A stretch of DNA of 64,000 nucleotides from contig CAVVUN010000015.1 of assembly GCA_963751455.1 (NCBI GenBank), positions 1-64,000 on the forward strand. Direction: 5' to 3'. Both the position numbers and the translations under genes were made by a program. Source of the stretch: Nitrospirota bacterium. Lineage in GTDB: Bacteria; Nitrospirota; UBA9217. This document shows, piece after piece, positions 60,984-64,000 of the stretch. The notes beneath the pieces were generated by a model. It was not told the DNA's origin. It worked only from the letters and a program-made list of their open reading frames with translations, and made no database searches. The stretch's first letter is position 1. Every line of letters begins with the position of its first letter.

Positions 60984-62342
60984 ATGAGACAGACAAAGAT
61001 AATTCTCTCTGACAAGGAAATCCCTACGAAGTGGTACAATATTATGGCAGACATGCCGAATCCGCCCAAGCCGCCGCTTCACCCGGCGACCAGGCAGCCT
61101 GTTGGGCCCGATGATCTCAAACCGATTTTTCCCATGGACCTTATCCTGCAGGAAGTGAGCCAGGAGCGCTGGATCGACATTCCGGAAGAGGTACTTGAAC
61201 TATATACCCTCTGGCGGCCGTCGCCTCTGTTCAGGGCGCATCGGCTCGAAAAAGCGCTTGGAACGCCGGCGAAGATCTATTACAAATACGAGGGCGTGAG
61301 TCCGGCAGGGAGCCACAAACCGAACACATCCATTCCCCAGGCATTCTATAACAAGAAAGCCGGCATTAAACGCATTGCGACCGAGACTGGCGCCGGCCAG
61401 TGGGGTTCATCCATGGCGCTTGCCTGTAAGCTCTTCGGCCTCGACGTGACGGTATACATGGTGAAAGTAAGCTTTGGCCAGAAGCCGTACCGCAGGATCA
61501 TGATGGAGACCTGGGGCGCTACGGTACATGCCAGTCCTTCCACGGTTACGAACGCGGGGAGGAAGATCCTTGAGGCAGATCCAAACAACACGGGCAGTCT
61601 CGGCATAGCGATCTCCGAGGCTGTTGAAGATGCTGCAAGTCATAACGATACAAATTATGCGCTGGGCTCGGTATTGAACCATGTATGTCTTCATCAGACC
61701 GTGATCGGTCAGGAAGCCAAAAAACAGATGGAGCTCGCGGGCGATTACCCGGATGTGGTAATCGGCTGCTGCGGCGGTGGAAGCAACTTCGCGGGAATTT
61801 CTTTCCCCTTCCTGCACGACAAGTTGTCCGGAAAGAAAAAAGATCTGCGGGCCATTGCGGTGGAGCCCACGTCCTGCCCCACGCTCACCAAAGGGGAGTT
61901 CCGATACGACTTCGGAGATGTTGCCGGGTTTACACCGCTCCTCGCGATGTATACTCTCGGCCACGAATTCATGCCGTCCGGCATCCATGCCGGAGGTCTT
62001 CGCTACCATGGCGACTCTCCGCTGGTTTCACAGCTCTACCACGATAAAATCATAGAAGCCAGGGCGTATCCACAAACCAAAGTATTTGAGGCTGCAGCCC
62101 TTTTTTCAAGTACAGAAGCAATTATTCCCGCGCCGGAAAGCAGTCATGCCGTGCGGGCAGCGATAGACGAGGCGGTTCGCGCGAAGGAGGAAGGCAAGCA
62201 AAAGACGATCCTCTTCAACCTGAGCGGCCACGGCTATCTCGACCTTCAGGCATACGCCGATTACAAAGAAGGCAAGCTGTTCGACCACGAGCACCCGGAA
62301 GAGGACATTAAAAAAGCGCTCGCCAAACTGCCGAACATATAA
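60984..62342 (+). CDS. trpB2: Tryptophan synthase beta chain 2 (TrpB2-type PLP enzyme)
   Basis: [47 protein letters not shown] and NLSGHG. Confidence 0.95.
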   Translation: MRQTKIILSDKEIPTKWYNIMADMPNPPKPPLHPATRQPVGPDDLKPIFPMDLILQEVSQERWIDIPEEVLELYTLWRPSPLFRAHRLEKALGTPAKIYYKYEGVSPAGSHKPNTSIPQAFYNKKAGIKRIATETGAGQWGSSMALACKLFGLDVTVYMVKVSFGQKPYRRIMMETWGATVHASPSTVTNAGRKILEADPNNTGSLGIAISEAVEDAASHNDTNYALGSVLNHVCLHQTVIGQEAKKQMELAGDYPDVVIGCCGGGSNFAGISFPFLHDKLSGKKKDLRAIAVEPTSCPTLTKGEFRYDFGDVAGFTPLLAMYTLGHEFMPSGIHAGGLRYHGDSPLVSQLYHDKIIEARAYPQTKVFEAAALFSSTEAIIPAPESSHAVRAAIDEAVRAKEEGKQKTILFNLSGHGYLDLQAYADYKEGKLFDHEHPEEDIKKALAKLPNI

Positions 62343-62357
62343 CAAACTCCTCAGGAG

Positions 62358-62387
62358 CGTGCTCCCTGTTGTGACGGGGAGCACGCC
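62358..62387 (+). terminator. Hairpin after trpB2
   Basis: GCGTGCTCCCTGT tgtg ACGGGGAGCACGC; no strong T run. Confidence 0.5.
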
Positions 62388-62530
62388 ATTGTACACCTCG
62401 TACTGCTGCCGCATGGGTTATCTCGCCTTTGCTTTTCTTGCTCTTCCCCGGGAGCCTATTCAACCGTGTTAACCCATCTTCCGCAGTTGCAAAACTAAAA
62501 TTTTGATAATTCAATAAGATAGGTCTCTTA

Positions 62531-62711
62531 AACCTAAAAAAAGCATTTGGGACGCAGAAAAATCGGATAAACGCAGATAAGGTCGGATAAAAAAACGTTC
62601 TTGTATCGTAAAAGCAGTCACCTCCTGCGGGTGAATTTTTTTCTCTAAAAATTCTTTTGTTTGATCTGCGGTTATCTGCGTTCATCTGCGTCCAACTGCC
62701 GTTTTCAGGTT
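62531..62711. mobile_element. MITE-like element with ~27-bp imperfect terminal inverted repeats and 9-nt-periodic arms
   Basis: AACCTAAAAAAAGCATTTGGGACGCAGA ... TCTGCGTCCAACTGCCGTTTTCAGGTT; internal ATCTGCGGT-TATCTGCGT-TCATCTGCG. Confidence 0.65.
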
Positions 62712-63056
62712 AAACGGTTAAATTCTGCACTATCAAGGAGTTACGGCAATTGCCATGACTCCTTTTTGATTGGGCTTCTTATTCGTTCTGGCGCCTCCTT
62801 CTCTTCTCTTTAAAACGCCCGATAATTCTCTCTAAAATCGTCCTGATTCTCGCTCTTTTTTGCAAAAAAAGTAAAACTTTAGGTAGAATAGATGTAGGTC
62901 GATCCGGAACAGGCCGTTTTTCCGGACAGTGGTTGGCAATTGAAGGGCCAAGCACCGGATTTTGTAAAGATAAGCGAGTACTTCTGCGTCGCTAGGCCTT
63001 AAATTACGGACAACCGGTAAGCATTCAAACTCCGCATTTATCAACGGAGGCATACA

Positions 63057-64000
63057 ATGAGACAGATTGAAAAAGCAGCTGTCTTGGGGGCAGGCGTGAT
63101 GGGAGCGACGATTGCCGCTCACCTTGCAAATGCCGGCATTCAGGTGCTCCTGATCGATATCATACCGAAGGAACCGAACAACGCTGAAAAAAAGGCGGGT
63201 CTCACCCTGGCCGATCGCGTGGTTCGGGACCGGATCGCAATGGCGGGACTGGAAGGGCTCAAGAAGATGAAGCCCGCGGCTTTCTTCCTCCCGGCCTATG
63301 CATCCTCGATAGAGGCAGGGAACTTCGATGATGACGCGAAAAAGCTTCGGGAGTGCGACTGGATAGTCGAGGCCGTCGTTGAAAAGATGGAGATCAAAAA
63401 GCGGGTGTTCGCAGAGAAAATCGCGCCGAACCTGAAAGAGGGCGCCATTGTCTCGACCAACACAAGCGGACTTTCGGTCAGCGAGATGGCTGAAAGCCTT
63501 CCGGAACATGTGCGGAAAAATTTCCTTGTCACCCACTTTTTTAACCCGCCGCGCTACATGCGACTTCTGGAGATCATCCCGACCCGCTACACGGATCCCG
63601 AAGTCGTCCGATTCATGGCTGGATTCATCCAGATACGCCTCGGGAAGGGAATCGTCTACGCCAAGGACACTCCGGATTTTATCGCGAACCGGATCGGCGT
63701 CTATTCCATTTGCAACAGCGATACGCCATATGATCGAAATGGACATGACCGTGGAAGAGGTGGATGCTGTTGCCGGGCCCGCTACTGCCCGCCCGAAAAG
63801 CGCTATCTTCCGCACCGCAGATCTGGTCGGAATCGACACCCTGCAGCATGTTGCGGGCAATGCGTATGAAACGCTCGTGAATGACGAGCAGCGGGAGGTC
63901 TTCCGTTTACCCGGTTTTATCGGGGAGATGGTGAAGAAGGGCCTTCTGGGAAACAAGAGCAACCAGGGATTCTTCAAAAAGGAAAAAGGCGAAAACGGAA
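63057..64000 (+). CDS. 3-hydroxyacyl-CoA dehydrogenase/enoyl-CoA hydratase (FadN-type), frameshifted near 63720, runs off the window
   Basis: VLGAGVMG, EAVVE, STNTSG, HFFNPPRYM and DTPDFIANRIG; continues as MTVEEVDAVAG..FRTADLVGID in another frame. Confidence 0.92.

Overview
Chromosomal window from an anaerobic bacterium. Gene order and content suggest Nitrospirota or Desulfobacterota; this is an inference. 1-17.7 kb is a Wood-Ljungdahl cluster: metF, panB, thyX, cooC/acsF, a PanG-like reductase, acsE, acsD, acsC, acsB, a HydC/HydB-type flavoprotein pair, a selenocysteine formate dehydrogenase (in-frame TGA at 13539 plus SECIS), a cNMP-binding protein and fhs. Genes in the first ~8 kb carry many single-base frameshifts that look like sequencing error. 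19.6-27.7 kb is an accessory island with all genes on the minus strand: a DUF4143 ATPase, a metallophosphoesterase-STAND NTPase, a RelE/HTH toxin-antitoxin pair and a hypothetical gene. These are separated by duplicated 3' gene ends, a ~140-bp direct repeat and GGG(T/A)CAGGTC-type motifs tied to HUH (RAYT-like) transposase remnants. No intact recombinase is present. This cassette-like island is the best candidate for an undescribed system. 28-64 kb is mostly housekeeping: pdxA, gltX, atpBE, rpsB-tsf-pyrH-frr, rplM-rpsI, argCJ, rpsU, mutS2, dnaG, rpoD, tRNA-Ile(CAU), rnhA, RNase P RNA, a mutY-like gene, trpB2 and a 3-hydroxyacyl-CoA dehydrogenase. Also notable are an orphan promoter-to-terminator sRNA candidate (~30.37-30.52 kb) and many 7- or 9-nt-periodic palindromic intergenic elements. 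All family assignments come from motif recognition, not database searches.
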